Part shown: piece after piece, positions 56,901 to 64,000 of the stretch
Layout of the letters: each line of letters starts with the position of its first letter
How positions within the stretch are numbered: the stretch's first letter is position 1
Position numbers and translations under genes: made by a program
NCBI GenBank assembly: GCA_949287225.1
Contig: CASEFP010000008.1
Coordinates: 7,199 to 71,198, forward strand
DNA from: an uncultured Lentisphaeria bacterium
Lineage (GTDB): Bacteria > Verrucomicrobiota > Lentisphaeria > Victivallales > UBA1829
Direction: 5' to 3'
DNA length: 64,000 nt
Notes under the pieces: generated by a model
Told to the model about the DNA's origin: nothing
Databases searched by the model: none
Seen by the model: the letters and a program-made list of their open reading frames with translations, nothing else

Positions 56901-57733
56901 GACTCTCCGCCAACGGGAAAAGTCTGGCAATTGAGCTCTGTCTGATGCCCGGGCTGATGGATGAAATCCGGAAATACCAGCAGGAACATCCGGATGCGCC
57001 TCCCTACCGATACACGGTGAAAACGGTGATCGGGCTTCTCGAAAAGGCTCCCGACGCGCAGTTCCGGCTCCGTGCGCCGGACCACAAGGAGTTCGCGGTG
57101 TTCCTGACGGAGGACGATTGTGAAATTCTTCTCACAAGGGCAAAACACGGAAGCCGTCCGAAGTTCAAACCGCAGTGCTCCTTCCGGATCGTCGATCCGG
57201 CGGGGAAAACCGTTGCACAGTCCAGTCTCCCGACCACGGAACCCTATCGGGGAAAACATCTCCTGAAAGGGAAAAAAGGCGACTGTTTCAAAGTCCTGAT
57301 CGACGACGACATGACAGGAATCTGGAGCATCGTCCCCGGAAAAGGACATCAGGATTTCGCCCTCCTGAACAAAGATTCCAGCATCGGCAACTCCAGCGTA
57401 TCTTCCTTCTATCTGACCATTCCGGCAGGAACAGAGGAATTCACACTGAATCTCACGGGTGTCCATTCCGGCCCCTTCAAAGCCTGGCTGATCCGTCCCG
57501 ACGGCACGATCGGCGGAAAGATCGCCGGCTACAATTCCGGAACGCCACGCCTGCCATGGCTGAAATATGAAAAGGAGCTGAATCCGCGGCAATCCCTGAA
57601 GGTCCGCCTTTCTCCGCCGGAAAAAACGGAAGTCTGGCATCTGCTCCTTTACGCGGGCGGCGATCTGCAGATCGGACTGAAAGGCATTCCGGCGGTGCTG
57701 TCCCTGACCAGAAATGCCTGGCCGGAGAACTAG
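53951..57733 (+). CDS. Large secreted multidomain protein, putative polysaccharide-active enzyme (CBM-like N-terminus, beta-rich middle, alpha/alpha-toroid-like region; possibly PcRGLX/PL26-like)
   Basis: Signal peptide MKKILFSLLIAAAGTGVFAQ. The segment LRFGFPVPEKTIYNLKNLRVLAPDGKEVPAQFSATAWWPDHSVKWILIQF is recalled as RIFT-barrel-like. Helical W/H/G-rich region NNEYDLAHGLFMLFARTGNRDAFRWAALAAQHQ...AWPHKMP. The family assignment is unverified. Confidence 0.8.
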   Translation: MKKILFSLLIAAAGTGVFAQTPARIKIDIDGRAEKIVCGNVNAGKELKYSNPKWLGADLRKYYLILESRKNLTDQWQAFAFTFTPDKSGIVKLSLRGNWTEKKAVRWIGYDHFQVSGAQLDNPSFEQISGGGLTSWNASSLNQKLKCTDAGEGKNYVECAHDFIVSQNLSVTEGKPVTVRFLARKGAETPRPAKTAAVQAKKPVDHPKSYYRYYDAKVKLLPLKDKGISPKDIKLQAPGRKVSAPSEAEFAAPSDARQPAVDFEKIPVEVLEEDGVARTAALRFGFPVPEKTIYNLKNLRVLAPDGKEVPAQFSATAWWPDHSVKWILIQFDAPLKANEKKIYQVELGKKVRPALIQSPLRWEENENAFTVYTGPLKAVIDKKKFHLLSGVWVDGKYIGAFSQDGLSVSGEDQRLHAGSAVPPRRIRVTEKGPRRLTFQIDGQYGTEAVGTYTVRLGFQADSPVVLVEMTHINSNLNHEFTDISSLNLRFLPAAAVKALTMDGHTQNVPARFFQENDRVLNIGGEKTQERLSGAGILETASGRIGIAVRDAALRYPKAFRIGPDRLDLELLPELPSAKFGTELPHYLQYPFCEGKYRMKWGMSFTEHLAFDFSGRADLRELAAREVVPVVDRDWLARCAVFQGVPPKNDSMFADWDQEALKAFQMHMRQKERQREYGFLNYGDSFGERGRNWTNNEYDLAHGLFMLFARTGNRDAFRWAALAAQHQADVDIIHAYPDPFYLGANAQHGIGHTGVNYQNIHPATWSYRFDLSYWGTNGHTWSDGMLDAWMLTGNARVMDSALKLGAHLTNYTAPLFSRLGTHERSAGWSLKAIVALYRATGDRKYLDAAKRIAGIAMKEQRFDKGGAWPHKMPKDHSGGYQNTFGNCPYLIGILTEGLRQYYLATDAPEVVRSLIAAANWQRRTWHDEAFGWPYAASWDSKPYFPPKSGLNPLIAPGMLTGGRLEKNPDMFEIAKKVMAVATLQGLSANGKSLAIELCLMPGLMDEIRKYQQEHPDAPPYRYTVKTVIGLLEKAPDAQFRLRAPDHKEFAVFLTEDDCEILLTRAKHGSRPKFKPQCSFRIVDPAGKTVAQSSLPTTEPYRGKHLLKGKKGDCFKVLIDDDMTGIWSIVPGKGHQDFALLNKDSSIGNSSVSSFYLTIPAGTEEFTLNLTGVHSGPFKAWLIRPDGTIGGKIAGYNSGTPRLPWLKYEKELNPRQSLKVRLSPPEKTEVWHLLLYAGGDLQIGLKGIPAVLSLTRNAWPEN

Positions 57734-57739
57734 CTGACG

Positions 57740-58513
57740 TCAGCGGGCAGAATCCTGCCCGCTCAGCGATTCCGCGCGGAACGCCGAGGGGCTCTTCCCG
57801 CAATGGTGCTTGAAATAGCGGGAAAACGCGTAAAGCGAGGAAAACTGCAGTTCTTCGGCAATCCGGAAAAGCGGCTGATCCGAATAGAGGAGCTGCCGCT
57901 GCGCCATCTTCATCAGGACACCGTCGATATAACGCTTGATGTTTCCGCTGCCGAACTCTCTCAGAAAACGGTATTTGAACTGCGCCTTGCTCAGGTGAAA
58001 ACTCTCCGCCAGTTCGTCGATGCCAGTCGCCGCCCCGAATTCCAGAATCGTATTCTGGAGACGGGATTCAAAATCCGAGGTCAGCATCTCTTCCGGTGTT
58101 TCCGTCAGACGCTGAAGCAGACCCGTCAGCGCATGTTCCATGACGATCCGGTTTTCAAGGGAGTGCGTGCTGAATCGGCCCTTCCCGTCGATCAGCATCC
58201 GGATTTCATCCAGATAAAACAGACAGACCGGATCGCGGCTGATCTGCCGTTCCGGACAGAGGGAAGCACGGAATTTAATTGAAATAAAATCCTGCAATGC
58301 GCGCGTACGGTGAAAACTGTGCCGGATTCCCGGCGGAAGAAACCAGAACTCCCCCGGATGCAGGAGGATCTCCTCCTCCGGCGTCGAAGCCGCCAGACAT
58401 CCCCCGAGGCAGTATTCCAGCTGACAGTAGGAATGGCTGTGCATCACGGTGGAGGAGCTATAGCCGTGACTGAAATACAAAAGTTCCACTCTTGAATCTT
58501 CGTGATTGCGCAT
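57740..58513 (-). CDS. AraC-family transcriptional regulator (cupin sensor plus HTH)
   Basis: The N-terminal HSHSYCQLEYCLGG...FWFLPPGIRH is cupin-like. C-terminal HTH IDELAESFHLSKAQFKYRF...LYAFSRYFKHHCGKSPSAFR. Confidence 0.85.
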   Translation of the reverse strand: MRNHEDSRVELLYFSHGYSSSTVMHSHSYCQLEYCLGGCLAASTPEEEILLHPGEFWFLPPGIRHSFHRTRALQDFISIKFRASLCPERQISRDPVCLFYLDEIRMLIDGKGRFSTHSLENRIVMEHALTGLLQRLTETPEEMLTSDFESRLQNTILEFGAATGIDELAESFHLSKAQFKYRFLREFGSGNIKRYIDGVLMKMAQRQLLYSDQPLFRIAEELQFSSLYAFSRYFKHHCGKSPSAFRAESLSGQDSAR

Positions 58514-58683
58514 TTTTTCCTCTTCCGTTTTTCTTATTCGGAAATATAATATTCGAAAAACTTCAAAACAATGCGCTTTTCGCCAAATTGATAAATATTT
58601 GCTCCATTTTGCTATTTACTCTCTTTTTCTTTGATGATATATTGCAATCAAAACCACAATCTTGAAAAGGAGATCGCCTTATC

Positions 58684-59733
58684 ATGAAAAAAATCACGGG
58701 TGCGATTCTGTATGACGGACAGCTTGGAACTGTGGAACAGGAAATTCCGGAACTGCTCGACGGACAGGTTCTTGTGGAAGTCTATGCCTCGCTGATCAGC
58801 CCCGGAACGGAAATGGCCGCCGCACGCCAGCGCAGGGAAAAACCGCTTGCGCCCGATACGAAACCGATGACCTTCGGCTATTCCAACGCGGGCGTGATTC
58901 TCAAAACAAAAGGTGATGTCAAGGGTCTGAAAGAGGGAATGCGCGTCGCCTGCATGGGCGCCGGCGCGGCGGAACACACCGACTACGCCGTGGTGCCGGT
59001 CAACCTTGTGGTGCCGATTCCCGACACGGTGACGTTTGAACAGGCAACTTACCTCTCTCTCGCGGCCACCTCGCTCCAGGCCGTGCGCCGGACGGACGTC
59101 AAACTCGGCGAATACGGCGCGGTGCTAGGACAGGGCATCGTCGGAAACCTCGCGGCACAGCTCTACCGCCTGAACGGTGCGCGCGTCATCGCCTGGGAAT
59201 CGCTCGCCCTTCGCACGGAGATTGCCGCGAAATGCGGTATCGGAGCCTGCGTGGATTTCCTCAAGGTGGATCCGGTCGAGCCGACAAAAGCATTCGCCGC
59301 GCCCTACGGACTGGATTTCGCATTGTTCGCCTTCGGCGGCAACGCGGAAACCGCCTTCATGAACATCAAGAAGTGCATGAAGGTTTCCGCGGACGGACAT
59401 GCGATGGGCAACATCACGCTGGTCGGCGGCTGCCGCGTCCCCGTGGACGGCGGAGCGGCGTCCGGCAATCTCAACATCCTCGTCTCCTCCAGGACCGGCG
59501 CAGGTTATCATGATCATGACTGGGAATACGGGAAGGACTATCCTCCCGCGTTCGTCCAGTTCACCACGCAGCGCAACGCACGCGAACTCATCGCCCTGAT
59601 CGCGGAAAAGCGTTTGCTCGTCGATCCCATGACCACGCACCGGATCCCGCTGGACCATATCAGCGAGGCAGGCGATCTTCTGATCCATCACCCTGATCAG
59701 GCGCTCGGCGTGATTCTCACCATGAAACATTGA
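58684..59733 (+). CDS. Medium-chain (zinc-type) alcohol/polyol dehydrogenase family protein
   Basis: GQVLVEVYASLISPGTE, and VLGQGIVGNLAAQLYRLNGARVIAWE as the Rossmann GxGxxG. Confidence 0.8.
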   Translation: MKKITGAILYDGQLGTVEQEIPELLDGQVLVEVYASLISPGTEMAAARQRREKPLAPDTKPMTFGYSNAGVILKTKGDVKGLKEGMRVACMGAGAAEHTDYAVVPVNLVVPIPDTVTFEQATYLSLAATSLQAVRRTDVKLGEYGAVLGQGIVGNLAAQLYRLNGARVIAWESLALRTEIAAKCGIGACVDFLKVDPVEPTKAFAAPYGLDFALFAFGGNAETAFMNIKKCMKVSADGHAMGNITLVGGCRVPVDGGAASGNLNILVSSRTGAGYHDHDWEYGKDYPPAFVQFTTQRNARELIALIAEKRLLVDPMTTHRIPLDHISEAGDLLIHHPDQALGVILTMKH

Positions 59734-59759
59734 AGTGCATAAAAGAAGGAGTGTTCCTC

Positions 59760-60707
59760 ATGCGTTTCAGAATCGGGCTGGTGGGGCTCTGCACCTCTCA
59801 CCCCGAAGCATGGGTTCCCATCATCCGGGAACTGGTTTCGGAAGGACTGTTTGAGGCGGAAATCGTCGCGGCGTGGGATTCCGGCGAGACGCGCCCCCCC
59901 GGATTCGCCCGCGAATTCTGCGAAAGATTCGCAATCCCGCACGCCGTGGACAATCTGGAAGAGATGATCCCGCTGGTCGACGGCGTGATCGTCCATACGA
60001 CGAACTGGGACCGCCATATGGAACAGGCCGCGCCGTTCGTCAGCGCTGGCAAGGCGGTCTACATCGACAAGCCCATCGCCGGAAACATGCGCGACGCCAA
60101 CAGGTATCTCGACTGGCTCGCGCAGGGACGCAAGGTCACGGGCGGCTCCGTTCTGCGCTATTTCCGCCCCGCGCGGGAGTTCCTCGCCCTGCCGGAAACC
60201 GAACGCGGAAAAGTCCGGACCGCCTACACCGCCGTCGGCGTCGACGACTTCAACTACGGCATTCACGGATATGCGATTCTGGCAAGCATCCTGGGGCCGG
60301 GGATCGTCTCCGCCCGCTATCTCGGGGAAAGCAATCAGAAGCAGATCATGCTCCAATGGAAGGACGGACGCGTCGGGCTTCTGACCGCAGGGAAAAGCGC
60401 ATGGCTGCCCTTCAACCTGACTGTGGTCACGGATCGGAATGTCAAACAGTTCGCAGAAAACGGAAACGCGATATACAGTGCGATGCTGCGTGAAGTCATG
60501 CCGTTTTTCACAGGAAAAATGGACACGCCGCCCGTCCCGTCCGCGGCACTCATCGAACCGGAACTCGCCGCAATGGCGGCAAAGGTCTCATGGAACAGCG
60601 GCGGGCGCGAAATATTCCTGACCGATCTGCGGAACGACGATCCCGGTTTTGACGGCACGCAGTTCGCAAGGGAATATCTCCGGGCACGCCTCGCACAGAA
60701 AAAATGA
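59760..60707 (+). CDS. Gfo/Idh/MocA-like protein with a degenerate dinucleotide-binding motif
   Basis: MRFRIGLVGLCTSHPEAW appears where GxGxxG is expected. VYIDKPIAG matches the EKP-type motif. aaggag lies upstream of ATG 59760. Confidence 0.65.
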   Translation: MRFRIGLVGLCTSHPEAWVPIIRELVSEGLFEAEIVAAWDSGETRPPGFAREFCERFAIPHAVDNLEEMIPLVDGVIVHTTNWDRHMEQAAPFVSAGKAVYIDKPIAGNMRDANRYLDWLAQGRKVTGGSVLRYFRPAREFLALPETERGKVRTAYTAVGVDDFNYGIHGYAILASILGPGIVSARYLGESNQKQIMLQWKDGRVGLLTAGKSAWLPFNLTVVTDRNVKQFAENGNAIYSAMLREVMPFFTGKMDTPPVPSAALIEPELAAMAAKVSWNSGGREIFLTDLRNDDPGFDGTQFAREYLRARLAQKK

Positions 60708-60738
60708 GCGGCCTCCGGAGCAGAGCACACGCTCGCCG

Positions 60739-60852
60739 CGGGGATTTCGCCTTCGGCGACCAGCTTACGCAGCTGGACCGCGGCAGGACTGGAAGTCCTG
60801 CACGATGCTGTTTTCGCGATGCGGAGCATTGCACCGGGAAATGAATTTTTTT
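60739..60852 (+). repeat. Structured intergenic element, copy B
   Basis: Reverse-complement homologue of 15812-15927. Hairpins: tcgcc-ttc-ggcga (60747-60759), ccagct-tacgc-agctgg (60760-60776), caggact-gga-agtcctg (60784-60800, B-specific) and gcgatgc-gga-gcattgc (60816-60832, with a G-U on this strand). T7 at 60846-60852. Confidence 0.7.
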
Positions 60853-60885
60853 AAGAAACGGAAAACCCACACAGGGGAGAGTGCT

Positions 60886-61932
60886 ATGAAAGACAAAATC
60901 GGTTTCGGAATCATCGGCGCGGGCATGATCGCGGAACTTCATGCAAAATCCATGCAGGAGCTTTCCAATGCCCGTCTCGTCGGTATTTTCGACAAAAATC
61001 CGGAAGCCGCGAAAAAGCGTGCCGAACAGTTTCACTGCAAGGCCTATGACAGTTTCGACGCCTTCCTCGCGGATCCGGAAATCGAGGCCGTGACCATCGC
61101 CACACCTTCGGGCATGCACGGCGAGGTCGCCATTCCGGCCGCGAAGGCGGGGAAGCATATCCTCTGCGAGAAACCGCTCGAAATCACGCTTGAAAAGGTG
61201 GATGCGCTCATCCGCGCCTGCGACAAGAACAACGTTCTGCTCTCCCCCGTCTTCCAGACCCGTTTCACAAAGCCTGTCCAGCTCGTCCATGAGGCGATGC
61301 GCTCGGGCAGGTTCGGGCGGATGGTTCTGGCAAGCGCCCAGATGCGCTGGTACCGCGACCCCGCCTATTACGCCGGGTCCACCTGGCGCGGGACCTGGGA
61401 TCTCGACGGCGGCGGCGCACTGATGAATCAGGCGATCCACATGATCGACCTTCTGATCTACATCAACGGCGCGCCCGACGAGGTCTTCGCGTTCGCCGGA
61501 ACCCTGACCCACAGCATCGAAGTCGAGGACAATCTCTGCGCCGCGGTCAAATACCGGAACGGCTCATTCGGGACGATTGAAGTGAGCACCTCCTGCGCGC
61601 CGGGATTTCCGCGCCGACTCGAGTTTTCCGGCAGCACGGGAACCGTCGCGTTTGAAGAGGACAAAATCACCCGCTGGGAATTCGCCAATCCCCTCCCGCA
61701 GGACGAGGAGATCCTCCGCGAGCTTTCCGGAAAAGCCGATGCAAAGGGCGGACGCGCGCCCATGAACATCGGCTCCAACGGCCACGCAAGCCAGATTTCC
61801 GACCTCGCCGAAGCCATTAAAACCGGACGCCGTCCGTTCCTTGACGGACGAGAAGGAAGACGCGCCATCGAACTGATCTGCGGCATCTACGAATCCGCGC
61901 GGACCGGAAAACCGTTCTTCTTCCAGAGGTGA
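60886..61932 (+). CDS. Gfo/Idh/MocA-family NAD(P)-dependent oxidoreductase
   Basis: IGFGIIGAGMIAELHA, ILCEKPLE and GALMNQAIHMIDLL. The track ORF from 60649 is an upstream extension across the repeat. Confidence 0.85.
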   Translation: MKDKIGFGIIGAGMIAELHAKSMQELSNARLVGIFDKNPEAAKKRAEQFHCKAYDSFDAFLADPEIEAVTIATPSGMHGEVAIPAAKAGKHILCEKPLEITLEKVDALIRACDKNNVLLSPVFQTRFTKPVQLVHEAMRSGRFGRMVLASAQMRWYRDPAYYAGSTWRGTWDLDGGGALMNQAIHMIDLLIYINGAPDEVFAFAGTLTHSIEVEDNLCAAVKYRNGSFGTIEVSTSCAPGFPRRLEFSGSTGTVAFEEDKITRWEFANPLPQDEEILRELSGKADAKGGRAPMNIGSNGHASQISDLAEAIKTGRRPFLDGREGRRAIELICGIYESARTGKPFFFQR

Positions 61933-61935
61933 CGC

Positions 61936-63213
61936 ATGGTCCTGACTTTTCTTCCCGTGAAAATGCGCCTCCCGCTGAAATTCGGCGCGGAAACCATTGA
62001 TTCCATTCAGATCGCCCACGTCGAGCTCGATGCTTACGGAACCACCGGACGCGGGGAAACGCCGCTCTCCGTTGCCTGGGCGTGGCCGTCGGAACTTTCC
62101 TTCGCCTTCCGGGAACGCATGATGATGGATTTCTGCCGGACGCTGGAAAAGGAATACCTTGTGGAAAACACCGACCCGATGTCCGCCGGATACGCCTTTC
62201 TGACGCGCCGCCTGCCGGAAATTCATGCGCGCTTCAACCGCGAACACGCAGTGGAAATGCCCCATCTCGCCGCGCTGATCTGCACATCGGCGTTCGACAT
62301 CGCGCTCCATGACGCTTTCGGAAGGTCGCTGGCTCTGCCGACGTTTCAGACCTATCACGCGAAATTCATGGAACACGATCTCGCGTGGTTCTATGACGAT
62401 CCGGCGTTCCGGGGGAAATATCCGCGGGATTACTTTGTCCGCGACGTGCCCGGACACCTTCCCGTCTGGCATCTGGTTGGCGGGCGCGATCTTCTGCTCG
62501 AGTCCGAACGGACCGGAAACGAACCGGACGACGGCTATCCGGTCTCGCTGGAAAAATGGATCGGGCGCGACGGCCTGAAATGCCTGAAGATCAAGCTGAC
62601 CGGACACGATGCGCAATGGGATTACAAGCGGATGACTGACGTCGGACGGATTGCCTTGCGCTGCGGATGCGATGCGCTCTCCCCGGACTTCAACTGTCAG
62701 GTGCGCGATCCCGCTTACGTCAATGACGTCATGGACCGACTGAAAGAGAACGAAGCGGAAATCTTCCGGCGCGTGCTGTATGTGGAACAGCCGTTTCCCT
62801 ACGACCTCGAAGCGAACCGGATCGACGTTCACGCTTGCGCGGCACGCAAACCGCTGTTCATGGACGAAAGCGCGCATGACTGGCGGATGGTCAGACTGGG
62901 CAGGGAGCTCGGCTGGAACGGCGTCGCCTTGAAAGTCTGCAAGACCATGACCGGCGCAATCCTCTCCGCGTGCTGGGCGAAGGAGCACGGCATGCTTCTG
63001 ATGGTGCAGGATCTGACCAACCCGATGCTGGCGACGGTTCCGCATGTGCTGCTCGCCGCGCATGTCGGCACAATCCGGGGCGTGGAATGCAACGCGCCGC
63101 AGTTCTATCCGGCGGCCTCGCTGGAGGATGAAAAACGCCATCCCGGACTCTATGAGCGGCGAAACGGCAGAGTCGATCTTTCCACGCTGACAGGCAGCGG
63201 GTTCGGATATTGA
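61936..63213 (+). CDS. Enolase-superfamily (mandelate racemase / muconate lactonizing enzyme-like) protein
   Basis: LKCLKIKLTG (KxK), SPDFN, YVEQPFP, FMDESA and ALKVCK, in the order expected for the barrel-domain catalytic ligands. Confidence 0.8.
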   Translation: MVLTFLPVKMRLPLKFGAETIDSIQIAHVELDAYGTTGRGETPLSVAWAWPSELSFAFRERMMMDFCRTLEKEYLVENTDPMSAGYAFLTRRLPEIHARFNREHAVEMPHLAALICTSAFDIALHDAFGRSLALPTFQTYHAKFMEHDLAWFYDDPAFRGKYPRDYFVRDVPGHLPVWHLVGGRDLLLESERTGNEPDDGYPVSLEKWIGRDGLKCLKIKLTGHDAQWDYKRMTDVGRIALRCGCDALSPDFNCQVRDPAYVNDVMDRLKENEAEIFRRVLYVEQPFPYDLEANRIDVHACAARKPLFMDESAHDWRMVRLGRELGWNGVALKVCKTMTGAILSACWAKEHGMLLMVQDLTNPMLATVPHVLLAAHVGTIRGVECNAPQFYPAASLEDEKRHPGLYERRNGRVDLSTLTGSGFGY

Positions 63214-63228
63214 CGGATTGCGGAGCGC

Positions 63229-64000
63229 TCAGCTCCTTGCCAGCTCCTCGGCGTAATAGGAACTGCGGACGAGCGGGCCGGAGTTGACGTGCTCGAATCC
63301 GATCTCCTTTGCATACGCGCCCCAGGAGTCGAATACCGCCGGCTCCACATAGCGCTCCAGTTTCCAGTGCTCCGCAGACGGCGGAAGATACTGCCCGATC
63401 GTCAGGAAGGTGGCGCCCGTTTCGCGGATGTCGCGGATGGTCCGGAGCACCTCGTCGTCGGTCTCCCCCATGCCGACCATGATCCCGGATTTGACCGGAA
63501 TGCGCCCGTCCGTCATCGAATACGCCTTCGCAAGCACCGCAAGGGAACGCCGGTACTGCGCCTTCGAGCGGATCAGCGGAGTCAGGCGCTCGACCGTCTC
63601 CACATTGTGGTTGTAGACGTCCGGCTCCGCGTCAAGCACGGTGCGGATGTCCTTTTCCACAAAATTGAAGTCGGGGACCAGCACTTCGACCTTTACGCCG
63701 GGAATCCGGTTTTTCAGCGCGCGGATCGTTTTCGCGAAATGACCCGCGCCGCCGTCGGGCAGATCGTCGCGCGTGACGCTCGTCACGACAACGAAGGCAA
63801 GGTGCATTTTTGCGGCGGCCTCGGCAAGATGTTCCGGTTCGGCGGGATCTGGCGGAAGCGGCTGCTCGACATGCCCCACGGCGCAGAATTTACAGTTGCG
63901 CGTGCAGCGCTCTCCGAGAATCATGAACGCCGCGGTCCCGCGATGCCAGCACTCGCAGAGATTCGGGCACTGTGCGCCGCGGCAGACCGTGTTCAGGCTG
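63229..64000 (-). CDS. lipA: Lipoyl synthase (5' end beyond the window)
   Basis: CECWHRGTAAFMILGERCTRNCKFCAV (radical SAM CxxxCxxC), VVTSVTRDDL and SGIMVGMGET. The frame remains open to position 64000. Confidence 0.9.
   Translation of the reverse strand, partial: SLNTVCRGAQCPNLCECWHRGTAAFMILGERCTRNCKFCAVGHVEQPLPPDPAEPEHLAEAAAKMHLAFVVVTSVTRDDLPDGGAGHFAKTIRALKNRIPGVKVEVLVPDFNFVEKDIRTVLDAEPDVYNHNVETVERLTPLIRSKAQYRRSLAVLAKAYSMTDGRIPVKSGIMVGMGETDDEVLRTIRDIRETGATFLTIGQYLPPSAEHWKLERYVEPAVFDSWGAYAKEIGFEHVNSGPLVRSSYYAEELARS

Noticed and set aside
1-64000. Search for rRNA, tRNA, tmRNA, CRISPR arrays, transposases, integrases and prophage genes
   Set aside because: The intergenic gaps are short, with the largest about 346 nt. 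None shows a cloverleaf-compatible acceptor or anticodon arrangement, regularly spaced direct repeats, or IS-type terminal inverted repeats, and no ORF has transposase or integrase motifs. The scan was visual only and should be confirmed with tRNAscan-SE, Infernal and ISEScan.

Overview
Densely coding, high-GC bacterial chromosomal segment with about 60 protein genes on both strands. By eye I found no rRNA, tRNA, CRISPR array, transposase or integrase. Most genes are housekeeping: ymdB, nadC, ruvA, queE, gnd, a NifS-like cysteine desulfurase with an Nfu-type protein, tsaB, ispH, a trmO-like gene, rpsA, an LpxL-family acyltransferase, nagA, metH, lpdA, purD and lipA (truncated at the window end). 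Interspersed are glycan-related accessory genes: DUF4091/GH123-like, DUF4838-like, GT2, GT9, a eukaryote-type UDP-sugar pyrophosphorylase, an orphan family-5 solute-binding lipoprotein, and three dispersed prepilin-type (FTL[VI]ELL) genes. No pilus or T2SS assembly machinery is present. This gene content suggests a PVC-group organism (Lentisphaerota, Kiritimatiellota or Verrucomicrobiota-like), but that is only an inference. The most interesting region is 51.6-63.2 kb. It holds a GntR-HTH::sugar-binding-domain one-component regulator with twin palindromic operators, then a pilin-like HX9DG-type gene, then a roughly 1,260-aa secreted putative polysaccharide-active enzyme. Next to it lies an AraC-controlled oxidoreductase/enolase-superfamily operon. 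Other notable items are: a roughly 115-nt structured intergenic element present twice in opposite orientation (15.8 kb and 60.8 kb); a GspG-like gene coupled to a NERD-SF1 helicase; and an Eda-like aldolase whose Schiff-base lysine codon reads Gln. Many very long ORFs in the supplied track are antisense artefacts of the high GC content and were rejected. All functional calls rest on motif recognition by eye, and no database search was run.
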